DNA of 63,466 nt, filler included, from Chiloscyllium plagiosum (taxonomy: Eukaryota), in the NCBI RefSeq assembly GCF_004010195.1. It is 4 parts of one record of this genome, joined end to end, with 100 filler letters (N's around TTAATTAATTAA, not from the genome) between each part and the next. Parts side by side here need not be neighbours in the genome. Positions count along the whole stretch, not along the records: positions 1 to 16,254 come from NC_057712.1; 3 more parts are not named here. One strand, given 5' to 3'. A model generated the notes under the pieces. That model was not told where the DNA came from. It saw only the letters and a list, made by a program, of their open reading frames with translations, and did not search any database. Below, one piece after another: positions 1 through 12,116 of this stretch (position 1 is the first letter of the stretch; every line of letters starts with the position of its first letter). A program made the position numbers and the translations under genes.

Positions 1-143
1 CCCCACCCTCCTCTAGCTTATCTCTCCACGCTTCAGGCTCACTGCCTTTATTCCTGATGAAGGGCTTTTGCCCGAAACGTCGATTTCGAAGCTCCTCGGG
101 TGCTGCCTGAATTGCTGTGCTCTTCCAGCACCACTGATCCAGA
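1..143 (+). mobile_element. Penelope-like element pLTR 3' segment (family A'), continues beyond window start
   Basis: Same sequence recurs at 32309-32452, ~55323-55411 and (minus) 46240-46358. At 55156-55411 it lies directly downstream of the GIY-YIG C-terminal peptide RRLEEERLIFRLGTLQP. It contains a hammerhead core. Confidence 0.85.
54..81 (+). ncRNA. Minimal type-I hammerhead ribozyme motif (family A)
   Basis: CTGATGA-A-GGGC-TTTT-GCCC-GAAAC-GTC: conserved core, perfect helix II, palindromic ACGT helix III, GUC cleavage triplet. Confidence 0.8.
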
Positions 144-221
144 ATAAAGTTTAGGTTAAATGACTCGCTTTCTAGAATTCTTCAAAAAGGTTCCTGGTCC
201 TGTCAAAACCAAAGACATAAT

Positions 222-1330
222 GGGCTGAATGTTGTCATATTTTGGCTGCGTCAATTTTGTCGAACTTCCCGAAAGGGTTTTTTCCACCAGGCCCAATGAG
301 GTTTCTCGCTATATTGTGTCAAACTTACCTCATTAAATAGCTACCCTTCCTCATAGCATGCTTTCATCTTGTACTGGCATGCTTCTACCATTCACTGTTT
401 CCATAGGAAACCGCCACTGCCAGGTTACTCCAGAACAGACTGGCATCCCTGGCACTAGCACTGTGTCAGCCTGGAGGTGTCCTGCATGTGATTGCCGCTC
501 ACCCTGCACATCATGGCAAAGAAGGGAATTGATGCCTCACTTTGTGGCAAGGGACCGTGAAGTCCTGAGAGACAGGTTGAGGAGGACTATTGCCTTTCTC
601 AAGGATCAGCAGGGGGTGCACAACAGCCGATCATGCCAGCTTAAGCCAAGGCTGCCATCCAGTTCGAGCACTCTCATCCATCTAGAGGAATGCCCAGCAC
701 TGCAGGAAGAAGACCATTCCCTCTCTACCAAGGTAAGAGCCACTATCTCCTCTCTGATACCTCATGCTCGCGCGCTCTCTCTCTGTCTCTCTGCTATTGG
801 TACCCATCTCTCATCAAGACTCAAAATTCTACCATCCTATTATCTGCATTTCCTCTTATTCACTATCGCCCACCTCCAAACTCGCACTATTAAACATCTG
901 TGCTGCCTATTCACTCATCAGGAATACCTCACCATTTTTCCCCAGCCTGCACCAACACTAGGAGCTGTGCCAACCACTTTGATCCCACTCAATCCCTCTT
1001 ATTTAAGGACAAAACAGTCCAAAACAGCAGAAAAAGAAAAGATGGGCAATGGGCTGCCCAGCATTCAGCTTCTCACTCCTTGCAAGAAAAGAATTTCTGA
1101 CTGGTCGACTGAGCAGATACAAACCCTGGACTGATTTGAAGGCTGCCCTTGACTTATTGAGCAGGGACTCCTGACTGAAGGCTGCCTCCTTTGAGGTGAC
1201 TGAAGCCTCTCGAGAACCACAGCAAGCTTTCTGGCTTTGCACCTGAGCTACATGGCAAGGCAGGGATGCTGTGACTATCCAGATAGGATCTCGGTGAATG
1301 AGCACTCAGAGCATGAGTAAGTAGCTCTGA
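222..1330 (+). mobile_element. Decayed PIF/Harbinger DNA transposon carrying a two-exon Myb/SANT-like gene relic
   Basis: Starts GGGCTGAAT (Harbinger-like end). Frameshifted peptides PHFVARDREVL...RNAQHCRKK, then GTAAG donor at 733 and AG acceptor at 1007, then DKTVQN..KMGNGLPSIQLLTP. These resemble the Harbinger Myb/SANT 'RF..dlevL...W..va...R...qCrKK / N...kTGGG....LT' pattern. Confidence 0.6.
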
Positions 1331-1344
1331 AATGCAGCTTGGCC

Positions 1345-1722
1345 CAACCTGTGAGGTTTATAAAATCATGAGGGGCACGGAGAGAAAGAGAAGCCAAGTT
1401 TGTTCCCCCGGGGTAAGGGACTCCAAAACTACAAGGCATAGGTTTAAAGTGAGAGGGGAAAGATTTAAAAGGCACCTAAGGGGAAATGTTTTCATGCAGA
1501 GGGTGGTGCATGTATGGAATGAGCTGCCAGAGGAAGTGATGGAGGCTGGTACAATTACAGTAATTAAAAGGCATGTGGATGGTATATGACAAGGAAGGGT
1601 TTTGAGGGATATGGGCCAAATGCTGGCAAATGGGACTAGATTAATTTTGGATAACTGGTCAGCATGGACAAGTTGGACCAAAAGGGTCTATTTCTGTGCT
1701 GTACATCTATCTATGATTCTTG
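1345..1722 (+). mobile_element. CR1 (HER1-like) LINE 3' end
   Basis: EVYKIMRG...TRHRFKVRGERFKRHLRGNVFMQRVVHVWNELPEEV; 3' UTR ending gaagggtct..ctgtac..ctatgattct. Confidence 0.9.
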
Positions 1723-2244
1723 GAATGTTGTAAGTTATGAGCACCACATGAGTGACATCCACATATCACAACTTGTACTTGAGTAAATGAACACATTATG
1801 GAGCTAGACAATGTTGTAATCTTGCTTTTCTAGACTCACCTTTCAATTTTTAAATGTAACACTCATTTCAGTTGCATTGTGACAGGTTGAAGGAAATTCC
1901 AACCTAACTAGTTTTATCATGGCAGATTGAATGGCATTACTACGTATATTGGATATCTGCTCCCTTGTCCATTGTGCATTGGCACAGCATTATTCTACAG
2001 AGTCAGCTCTTTGCAAATTGTGTACATGTCTGGTGGAGGGTACCCTGCAGGGTCAAAGAGGGCAACTATTTAGCTTCTGCAAAACCACCTCAAAATCAGC
2101 AGTTGCAAATCTAGCAGCACTTTCACCAATGTTTTGTGTCTTGCACCTTTTCTTTAATTAGGTCACAGAGGACCAGGACTAGCCCATTCAGCCTACCCTG
2201 CCATTCTAGACCATCTACCTCAGCACTATTTTCCCATGTTATCC

Positions 2245-3018
2245 CAATGGTCTGAGAATTGGCAAATGGAGTTTAATTTAGAGAAGTGTGAGGTGTTGAA
2301 TTTTGGTAAGGCAATTCAGCGCTGGACTTAATGGTAGGGCCCTGGGGAGTGTTGCCATACAAAAAGACCTAGATATGCAGGTGCATTGGGTCATGAATAA
2401 GGCATTTGGTAAGGTTGCCTTCATGGTTCAGTGCACTGAACATAGGGGTTGGGACATGATGTTGCAGCTATATAGGACGTTGGTGAGACCACTTTTAGAA
2501 TGCTCCATTCAATTCTGGTCTCCCTGCTATAGGAAAGATGTTGTCAAACTTGTAAAGATTCATAAAAGATTTCCAAGGCTGTTGCCAGGGTTGGAGTGTT
2601 TGAACTATAGGGAGAAGCTGAAAAGGCTGGGTTTTTTTTTTACCTGGAGAGACAGAGGCTGACTGAGGGGTGACCTTATAGAAGTTTATAAAATCATGAG
2701 GGGCAAGGATAGAGTGAATAGTCATGGTCATTTTCCCTAGGGTAGGCGAGTCCAAAACTAGAGAGCACAGGTGAGTGGGGAAATATTTAAAAGAGAGGCA
2801 ACTTTTTTTATGCAGAAGACCTGTTATGGAAAGACCTGTTCGAGGAGGTTGTGGAGGCTGATAAAATTACAACATTTTAAAGGCATCTGGATGGTTATAT
2901 GGATAAAAGGGTATGAGTCAAATGCTGGCAACGGTATTTCATCAGTTACGGATATCTGGTCAGCACAGTCAAATTGGACTGAAGGGTCTGTTTCTGTGCT
3001 GTATGACTCCATGACTCT
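2245..3018 (+). mobile_element. CR1 LINE 3' fragment (ORF2 C-terminus + UTR)
   Basis: LYRTLVRPLLECSIQFWSPCYRKDVVKL; CR1 tail with ctatgac-type repeats. Confidence 0.9.
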
Positions 3019-3354
3019 ACATCTCTTGATGTTATTAGTGATTAGTGATACATAAATCTCTATCTTGACTTGCTAATGACGGAGCTTCCACAGCCCTCTG
3101 TCCTGCCCCTTGAATGAAGAAATTCTTCTTCATCTCAGTCATAAATAGATTGTTTTTTATTCTAAGATTTTGTCCTCTGGTTCAAGACCACAAAGGTACA
3201 GAAAATCCTTTCTGCATCCAGTCTCCATTCATTCAAGAATTTTGTAAGTTTCAATGAGATCACCCCTCATTCTTCTAAACTTCAGAGAATGTAGGCCTAT
3301 TTCCTCAATCTCTCCCTACCAGAGAGTGTTACCATCAAGGAATCACTCTGGTGA

Positions 3355-3515
3355 AACAAAACCAAAAAGTACTGGAGAAACAAAGCAGTTGTGGCAGCAT
3401 CTGAGGAGAGACAAAGAGTTAATGTCCAATGACTCTTCTTCAGAAGTAGAGACCATACCTGCTAAGTTTCTCCCACTTTCTTTTTTATTTCAGAATCCCA
3501 GCATCCACAGTAACT
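3355..3515. mobile_element. Degenerate fold-back PLE pLTR mini-element
   Basis: Arms 'ctggagaaac..agcag' and 'ctgctaagtttctcc' are inverted. Tail 'ttcagaatcccagcatccacagta' resembles the PLE tail at 55675-55710 (rc). Confidence 0.5.
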
Positions 3516-3544
3516 TTTATATCAATCTGCCTGTTACATTTAAG

Positions 3545-4260
3545 ACCATAAGACATAGGAGTGAAAGTGAGGGCATTCGGCCCATCGAGTCCACTCCACC
3601 ATTTAATCATGGCTGACAGGCATACCAACTCCACTTACCTGCACCCTCCCCGTATCCCTTAATTCCATGCAAAATCAAGAATTTATCAATCTTTGCCTTG
3701 AAGACAACCAATGTCCCAGCCTCCACTGCGCTCTGTGGCAATGAATCCCACAGGCCCACCACTCCCTGGCTGAAGAAAAGTCTCATTTCCGTTCTAAATT
3801 GACCCCCTCCAATTCTAAGGCCGTGCCCATGGGTCCTAGTCTCCCTGCCTTATGGAAACAAATTCCCAGTGTCTACCCTTTCTAAGTCATGCATTGTCTT
3901 CTATTAGATCTCCCCTCAACCTTCTAAACTCTAATGAATACAATTCCAGGATCTCAGCCATTCATCATATGTTAGGCCTACCATTGCAGGGATCATCCGT
4001 GTGAATTTCCGCTGGACACGCTCCAGTACCAGTATGTCCTTCCTGAGGTGTCGGACCCAAAATTGGACACAGTATTCTGCTCTATGACAAGTACATCTCT
4101 CCTTAGGCAAGGGGACCAGAAATGCACACAATACTCCAGATGCAGTTTCACCAGTGTCCTATATAATTGAAGCAGGAGTTTTTTGCTCCTGTACACAAGT
4201 CCTCTTGCTATAAAGGATAACATACTGTTGACCTTCCAAAATTCCTGCTGCGCCTCCATG
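3545..4260 (-). mobile_element. CR1 LINE 3' end
   Basis: LYRTLVKLHLEYCVHFWSP; LERVQRKFTRMIP; 3' tail rc 'cctatgtcttatggtctt'. Confidence 0.88.
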
Positions 4261-4279
4261 CTGACAAAGATCAACAAAG

Positions 4280-5185
4280 TTGTCTATGTGTGGAACCTAA
4301 GGAGATGGAAGAGATACTAAAAACATTAACTGTGTATTAACTGTGGAGAAAGACATTGAGTCTAGAGAACTTATGGAAATAACTATTGATGTCTTCAAAA
4401 CTGTTTGTATTACAGAAGAGGAATTGTTAGGGGTCTTAAAAACATAAAGGTGGATAAAGCTATGGGGCCTAATCAAGTGTATCCCAGAACCTTGTGGGAA
4501 GTTAGGGAAGAAATTGTAGGGCCCCCATCAGAGGTATTTGTATCATCTGCAAATCGTCATCAGCCACGAGTGATGTGCTAGAAAACTGGAGGGTGGCTAA
4601 TATTGCGCCTTTATTTAAGAAAGGCTATAAGAAGATATTTAGCATGCTTGTCTTCATTGCTCACCCATTTAGTACAGAAGTTGGGACGTTGTGTTGCAGT
4701 TGTACAGGGTGTTGGCTGCCACTTTTGAAGTATTGTATACAGCTCTGGTCATTCTGCTATAGGAAGGATATTATTAAATTTGAGAGGGTTCAGAAAATAT
4801 TTACAAGGATACTACCAGGATTGGAGACTTGAAATATAAAGAGAGGCAGGATGGGCTGGGACTTTTTTCACTGGAGCGCAGGAGGCTAAGGGCTAGGATT
4901 ATAGAGGTTTATAAAATCTTGGTGGACATAGATCAGGCAAATAGCCAAGGTAATTTCCCCAGGGTAGGGAGGTCCAAAATGTATGTGGAATAAATTATCA
5001 GATGAAGTGGTAGATGCAGGTACAATTACAACATTTAAAAGGTATTTGGACAGGAAGAAGAATAGAAAAGGTTGAGAGGGATATGGGCCAAATGCAGGCA
5101 AGGGGGACAGGTTTAGTTTGGGAAACTTGGTCAGCACGAATGAGTTGGACTGAAGGGTCTGTTTCTGTTCTGTATGACTCCATGA
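4280..5185 (+). mobile_element. CR1 LINE, internally deleted
   Basis: ENWRVANIAPLFKKG joined to YCIQLWSFCYRKDIIKFERVQK; CR1 3' UTR. Confidence 0.85.
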
Positions 5186-5189
5186 GGAA

Positions 5190-6130
5190 GGACACCTCGG
5201 TTACTTTGAATATCAATGCTTTATAATCTCTCACCATTTAAAATATACTCTGAATCTCTGTTTCTCCTACCAAAGTGGACAACCTCACACTTATCCACAT
5301 TATATTCCATTGACCAATCTCTTGCCAATCACTCAACTTGTATAAACTTGTCTTAACTTGTCTAAACGCCTTGAAGCCTCTTTACATTCTCTTCACAACT
5401 CACATTCCCCTCAATAATCACATTTCCAAGAAGTTTTATGTCACCTGCAAATTTGGAAATATTACATTTGGCCCCATGTCATTAGCTTAGATTATGAACA
5501 TTTGGGGTCAGACACCGATCCTCACAGTACCCCATTGCCTACTTATCATGAAACTTATTTCCAATCTACCACAGCCAACTTCCTCCTTCTTGATTGCTCA
5601 TGCTTACATTTAAGACGCTAAATACAGATTGAATAACATCTTTTTCAAACTTAATGGAAGACTATGAGACTATGGTCACTCTTACTTAAAGATTATCTTA
5701 CAACAAAATTACTATTGAGCCCTTTACCATTGCATAGAACTAGATCCACAATAGCCTGTACCCTAATTGGTTCCTCAACATATTACTATGAATTATCAAT
5801 ATGTTATTGTAAAACTGTCAAATACATTACGGGAATGATTCATCCACAGCACAGATGCTCTTTAGATTTACTAAGTCCAGATTGAAGTCACCCTGATTAC
5901 TTCATTCCCCTAATTACATGCACCTCGAATTTTCTTATTTGTATCTTCCCTGCATTATCACTCCTGATTGATGGCCTATAAAGCATTCCTACCAATGTTG
6001 GCTGACACTTGCTGTTTCTACGTTTTTTTTCTAATTAGGGATGCTCTCTCACTAATACACTGATTCTGTTCCCTACTATCAACACCATCCCAACTCTTTC
6101 CCCTTTTTGCCTATCCCTCCTACATGTCAA
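5190..6130 (-). mobile_element. Old CR1 fragments (RT and endonuclease regions)
   Basis: rc gives KFAGDxK-like and VIxGDFN-like remnants; heavily diverged. Confidence 0.55.
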
Positions 6131-6664
6131 ATGCTTCCAGCTAGCAAATTCCCTTATTTGCCAGCAAAAATATAATCCCTTTAACCAACTGTCACAGCTG
6201 CAACCATTTCCCGACCCCTGCAGGCACTGAGCAAAAGCCAACTGACTCACTTGAATCTCTTTATGAATATTTAATCAGGCTGACATTGAGAAAATGGGCA
6301 AAGTCAGTTATGTGCAATTTTAGCAAATACAAAATTCACTATGACTCAGTTCTGTGACAAGAAAATACATTTTATCTTCTCCTTTTAAGCAAATGCTCTT
6401 ACAGAGGGATCACAATACCTTGTTGGTTAAAGAGTATGAGGGGTTTCAAATTAGCATGTTTATCCCCTTGTCAGAACATAGATAATGCTATCTTGCAGAT
6501 TACATCAAGACTGGAAGTGGCTACGAGTCATAGGCAATAGTTCAAATATAGCAGTGCATATATTGGACAAAATATAGTGAGTAGATAAGATTGAATTTAA
6601 TGTAGGCAATTGTAAATGTTGCACAAAGAAAGAATAAACAAATCATCTGTACCATGAATGAATA

Positions 6665-7950
6665 AAGAACATCTTAAATTTCACTATCGTTCCTGCCCAT
6701 ACCACCTCCACTGGCAATGCATTCCAGCCACCCACCACCCTCTGTGTAAAGAACTTTCCACGTATATCTTCCCTAAACTTCTCCCCTCTCATTTTGAACT
6801 CGTGATGTCTAGTAATTGAGTCCTCCACTCTGGGACAAAGTTTCTTGCTATCCATCCTGTCAACACCTCTCATGATTTTGTAGGCTTCAATTAGGTCCTC
6901 CCTCAACCTCCTCCTTTCCAATGAAAATAATCCTAATCTACTCAACCTTTCCTCATAGCTAACACCCTCCATACCAGGCAAAATCCTGGTGAACTTCCTC
7001 TGCACCCTCTCCAAAGCATCCACATCCTTTTGATAATGTGATGACCAGAACTGTACGCAGTATTCTAAATGTGGCCGAACCAAAGTCTTATACAACTGTA
7101 CTATGACCTGCCAACTCTTGTGTTCAATACCCCATTCAATGTAGGCCTTCTTGACCAATCTACTGACCTGCATTGCCACCTTCAGGGAACAATGGACCTG
7201 AACACCCAGATCTCTTTGTACATCAATTTTCCCCAGGACCTTTCCATTTACTGTATAGGTCACTCTGGAATTGTATCGTCCAAAATGCATCACCTCACAT
7301 TTGTCTGGATTGAACTCCATCTGCCATTTCTCTGCCCAACTCTCAAATCTATCTATAGTCTGCTGTATTCTCTGACAGTTCCCTTCACTATCTGCTACTC
7401 CATCAATCTTAGTGTCATCTGCAAATTAGCTAATGAGGCAATCTATACCTTCTTCCAAATCATTTATGTATATCACAAACAACAGTGGTCCCAGCACAGA
7501 TCCATGTGGGAGACCACTGGTCACATGTCTCCATTTTGAGAAGTTCCCTTCTACTACTACTTTCTGTGTCCTGTTGCCCAACTAGTTCTCTATCCATTTA
7601 GCTAGAACACCCTGAACCCCATGTGACTTCACCTTCTTCATCAACCTACCACGGGGAACCTTATCAAACACCTTACTAAAGTCCAAGTTTATGACATCTA
7701 CATCCCTTCCCTCATCAATCAACTTTGTCACTTCCTCAAAAAATTCTATTAGGTTTGTAAGACATGACCTTCCCTGCACAAAACCCTGTTGCTTATTACT
7801 GATAAGCCCATTTTCTTCCAAATGGGCATATATCCTATCCCTTAGTATCTTCTCCAGTAGCTTCCCTAGCACTGGCGTCAAGCTCACAGGTCTGTAATTA
7901 CCTGGATTATCCCTGCTACCCTTCTTAAACAAGGGGATAACATTAGCAAT
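6665..7950 (-). mobile_element. CR1 LINE ORF2 (RT domain), frameshifted
   Basis: PGNYRPVSLT, QGFVQGRSCLTNLIEFFEEVT, LDFSKVFDKVP, MEFNPDKCEVMHFG, LVRPHLEYCVQFWS. Confidence 0.95.
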
Positions 7951-8079
7951 GGTGCTGAAATACATGTGTGTGAAGTTAGAGACCAAGGAAATCAACATAG
8001 ATCAGGTATCAAACATAACCAATCACACAAATCGTGATCAACAAGGTCAATATGATATTCAAATACATACCTGAAACAT

Positions 8080-8500
8080 TGGTAAATAAATCAAAGGATG
8101 TAATAATCAAATTTTATATTGGGCTTGTCAGAACACACATTGAATATTTTATCTAGTGCTGTTCTTAAAGAACAAAGGAAATATTTAAATACTGGAGGAA
8201 TTGCTGAGAGCAGCCACAAGGCTGCATTATGAGGAAAACTTGGAGAAACTTGGGCTTTTCAATCTATAAAAGATGTATAAAGTTGTGATGGATACAGATG
8301 AAGTGAACTCAGAATATTACAGATAAATTTAATTCTATAATGGGGGTGGGGTGGGGCTATAGTTTCAAATCGAATAATATGCAATTTCAGGGAAAATATT
8401 TAACATATAAAGTGGCCAACATCTGGAACTGACCTCCAGCTAAGGTCATTAAAGAAAAGAAAATCATGAAATGATTTACAAACAATTTAATACAAAAGTT
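8080..8500 (+). mobile_element. Very old CR1 3' fragment
   Basis: 'cttgtcagaacacacattgaatat', 'agagcagccacaaggctg', 'aacatctggaactgacctccagctaaggt' echo the CR1 ORF2 C-terminus. Confidence 0.5.
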
Positions 8501-9289
8501 GGGGAGATGTTCTTATTTCACTGCATGTGTGAATGAAAATGGTTCAATTGACTTTACCCCTCTGTAACCATCTAGCGATCCATTTAGAAGTTTGGTTTCC
8601 ACAAGAAATGGGGGATGCATGAAATAGGGAAGGGATCCCAATTGTCTTCCATATTGTCAGCAAAAGATCCACAGAATTTTTAAAGTGACATTTACTGTAT
8701 ACACTTTTTTTGGGATTGCATGGATTTCCTGTTGAAATTATAGTGCAAACTGAAGAAAAAACAGCAGAGGTTAAACTATAGTGAGCCTCTAAAGTGGCTC
8801 CAACTGAATTGATGCAAACGCCTTATAGGAATTAAATTTAAGAAATATTAATCCATTCCTGAACTAACACTCCAATAGATATCCACGTTGTCAGAAAACA
8901 GTTCAATATTTGTGGATGAACAATGCCAGTAATTAAATGTGTGGTTTGTGCTTTACTGGCTTGTAAACATGACACCAGCCACAGTTCTTAGAAAGATTCA
9001 ATCCAGCCCAATAGAAAAAAAGTCTTTTAACTGGTTGACTTGACAAAGGTACTGGTCTCAGCTGAAAGTGGCAGAAGATAAAACAGGTGAAGGAATCAAA
9101 GTGGAGAATATTATACATGGACAAATTGTTGGACCCTAAAGGAACACTGGATCAAATTAGCTTTGTACGTATGTTAGCTTCTGATTTTTGGTCTAGTTTC
9201 TTCAACTACTTATAAACCAGGAAAGCACAACTATTTCAGTTCTCTGCTTCAAATCCGGGTTATACCCATTGTTTCAAGGTATACATTTA

Positions 9290-9615
9290 AGGGGAGATAG
9301 TGGCATTGCGGCTTTTTTTTCCTTAGGGATATGGGTTTGAATCCCATTGTAGTACAATGAAACTTGAATTCAATGAAAATCTGGAATAAAAAGCTAGTTT
9401 AACAGCTACCAAATAACCACAATTGTCATAAGAAATAAACATCTGGTTCACCCACATCCTTTAGGCAATTATATCTGCCACGCTTACCTGGTTTGGCCTA
9501 TATGTGACTTCAAAACTACAGCAAAATGGTTGACTCTTAACTGACCTCTGAGCAATTAGGAATGGGTAACAAATGTTGGCCTCGCTAGCAGCACCCACTA
9601 CCTGTGAACAAACTT
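9290..9615 (+). mobile_element. tRNA-derived SINE with 'gcaattaggaatggg..aaatg.tggcc' LINE-type tail
   Basis: B-box-like 'gggtttgaatccc'; same family at 49712-50035; tail shared with LINE end at 12117-12250. Confidence 0.7.
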
Positions 9616-10610
9616 TGAACTAAAACATGACTAGGGTAAAGAGGCAGCTCCTGAAGCCACCTCAATTGGAATAGGGATTGATCCCTGTGTTATTGGCACC
9701 AACCTAATTCATATTGGCCATCCAGCCAACAGCCCCTCAAAAGACCATTATTGCATTTGTAACTGTGGTTGTAAACAGGCAAATTCAATCTATTCATGTG
9801 CATGATTTTTTTTTAAGTATGGTAACAATAGTGAGCGTGGGTGGGACTCCATGGACCTCCATGGACATGCTGATTTCAAGAAATGCATATCTGTGAACCT
9901 TGGTTCAGTGGTATCACTTGCATGTGAGTCATGTGGTTATGCAAGAATGAGACAACACCCAACATTTAACCAACTTATGTTCAATTTCAACTTTCTTCAC
10001 CTCTAGTTTTGTGCCAGAGTTCAAAGGGTATGGGTGTTCTACTACTGCAGTTGTTGGTTCAATCTTTGCTGATATTTCAATGCTGTTATAAAAAAGCTAA
10101 AACTGTCAGAGGTGCTGTTACATAAAATGTTAAACCACCTGTCTGTTCAGTTGGTCATAAATGTAAACTCGGTGAGTAACTCACCTCCTGACTCCCCAAA
10201 GCCAGCGCACCATCTACAAGTCACAAGTCAGGAATGTGATGGAATACACCCCACTAGCATGGATGGAGGCAGCTCCAACAACACTCAAAAGGCTTGACAC
10301 CATCCAGGATAAAGCAGGCGACTCGACTGTTACCACAACCACAAAACTCACTCCCTCCACCATTGATGCTCAGTGGCAGCAGTGCGTACTATCTACAAGA
10401 TGCACTGCAGAAATTCACCAAAGATCCTCAGACAGCACCTCCCAAACTCATGACTACTTCCATCTCGAAGGACAAGGGCAGCTGATACATGGGAACACCA
10501 CCACCTGCAAGGTCCCCTGCAAGTTACTCACTATCCTGACTTGGAAATAAATCACCATTCCTTCACTGTTACTGGGTCAAAATCCTGCAATTCCCTCCTT
10601 AACAGCATAA

Positions 10611-12116
10611 GGCATAAAAACAGAAATTAGGCCATTTAGCCCATCAAGTCTGCTCTGCCATTCAATCATGGCTGATAAGTTTCTCAGAGGAGAAAGTGAG
10701 GACGGCAGATGCTGGAGATCAGAGCTGAAAATGTGTTGCTGGAAAAGCGCAGCAGGTCAGGCAGCATCCAAGGAACAGGAGAATCGATGTTTCGGGCATA
10801 AGCCCTTCTTCAGCCCTCCCTGAAGAGCTTATGCCCGAAACGTCGATTCTTCTGTTCCTTGGATGCTGCCTGACCTGCTGCACTTTTCCAGCAACACATT
10901 TTCAGCTCTGATACGTTCCTCAACCCTATTTGCCCACTTTCTCCCCGTAACTCTTGATCGCCATGACAATCAAGAACCTATCTATCTCTGTCATAAATAT
11001 ACTCAATGACCTGGTCTCCACAGCCTTCTGTGGCAGTGAATTCCATAGTTTCACCACTCTCTGGCTGAAGTAGTTTCGCTGTTTCAAAGGCCTTACCTTT
11101 ACTCTAAGGCTAGGTCCTCAGGTCTTGCAAATGGAAACATCTTTCCAATATCCATTCTGTCTAGACCATTCAGTATTCTATCCTTCAAATCTCCATCGAG
11201 TATAGACCCAGAGTCCTCAAACATTCCTCATATGTTAAGCTTTTCATTCCTGGGACCATACTCTGAACATGCTCCAGTGTCCTTCCTGAGATATGGAGCC
11301 CAAAACTGTGTACAATACTCCAAATGTAGTTTGGCCAGAGCCTTAGGGAGCCTCAGAAGTACATTCCTGCAATTATATTTAAGTCCTCTCAAAATAAATG
11401 CCATAATTGCATTTGCCTTCATAACTACTAACTCAATCTGCAAGTTTACCTTGAGAGAATCCTGGATTAGAACTTGCAAGTATCTTTGTACTTCACACTT
11501 CTGATTTTGCCCCCCATTTAGAAAATAGTCAATGCCTCTATTCTTCTTACCAAAGTGCTGACCCCACACTTTCCCAAATTGTATTCAATCTGCCATTGCT
11601 TTGCCTGCTCTCCTAACCTGTCGAAACCCGTCTGCAGCCTCCACACCTCAATACTACTGTCCCTCTACCTATCTTTGTTTCATCTGAAAATATAGCCGGA
11701 ATGCCCTCAGTTCCTTCATCTAGATCATTACTGTATAAAGTGAAAGTTGTGGTCTAAGCACTGACACTTGCGGAACACCACTTCTCACTGGCTGCCATCT
11801 TGAGAAAGACCCTTTTATCCCCATTCTTTGCTTTTTTGCCAGACAGTCAATACTCGCACCTTGCCTCTAACACCATGGGCCCTTATCTTACTCAGCAGCC
11901 TCCTGTGCAGCACCTTGTCAAAGGCCTCCTTGAAGTCCCGGTAGTTTACATTCATTGGCTCTCCTTGATCTAACCTGCTCATTACTTCCTCAAAGAAGTT
12001 TAGCAGATTTGTCAGGCATGACTTCCCCTTGATGAAATAATGCTGACTTTGCCCTATACGGCCATAAAATTCCAAGTACTCAGTAATCTCATCCTCCAAA
12101 ATCTTACCTACAACCA
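10611..12116 (-). mobile_element. CR1 LINE 3' half
   Basis: KGKSCLTNLLNFFEEV, DFKEAFDKV, LAKLHLEYCTQFWAPYLRKD; 3' UTR at 10611-11100. Confidence 0.9.
10687..10907. mobile_element. Fold-back mini-PLE (family A), hammerhead on each arm
   Basis: Inverted arms meet at 'ccctcc' (~10814-10819). TSD ctgata(a/c)gtt(t/c)ctca at 10672-10686 and 10908-10922. Confidence 0.85.

Noticed and set aside
358..1134. 258-aa ORF as a host gene
   Set aside because: It is a mosaic of frames from a decayed Harbinger Myb gene plus its pyrimidine-rich intron.
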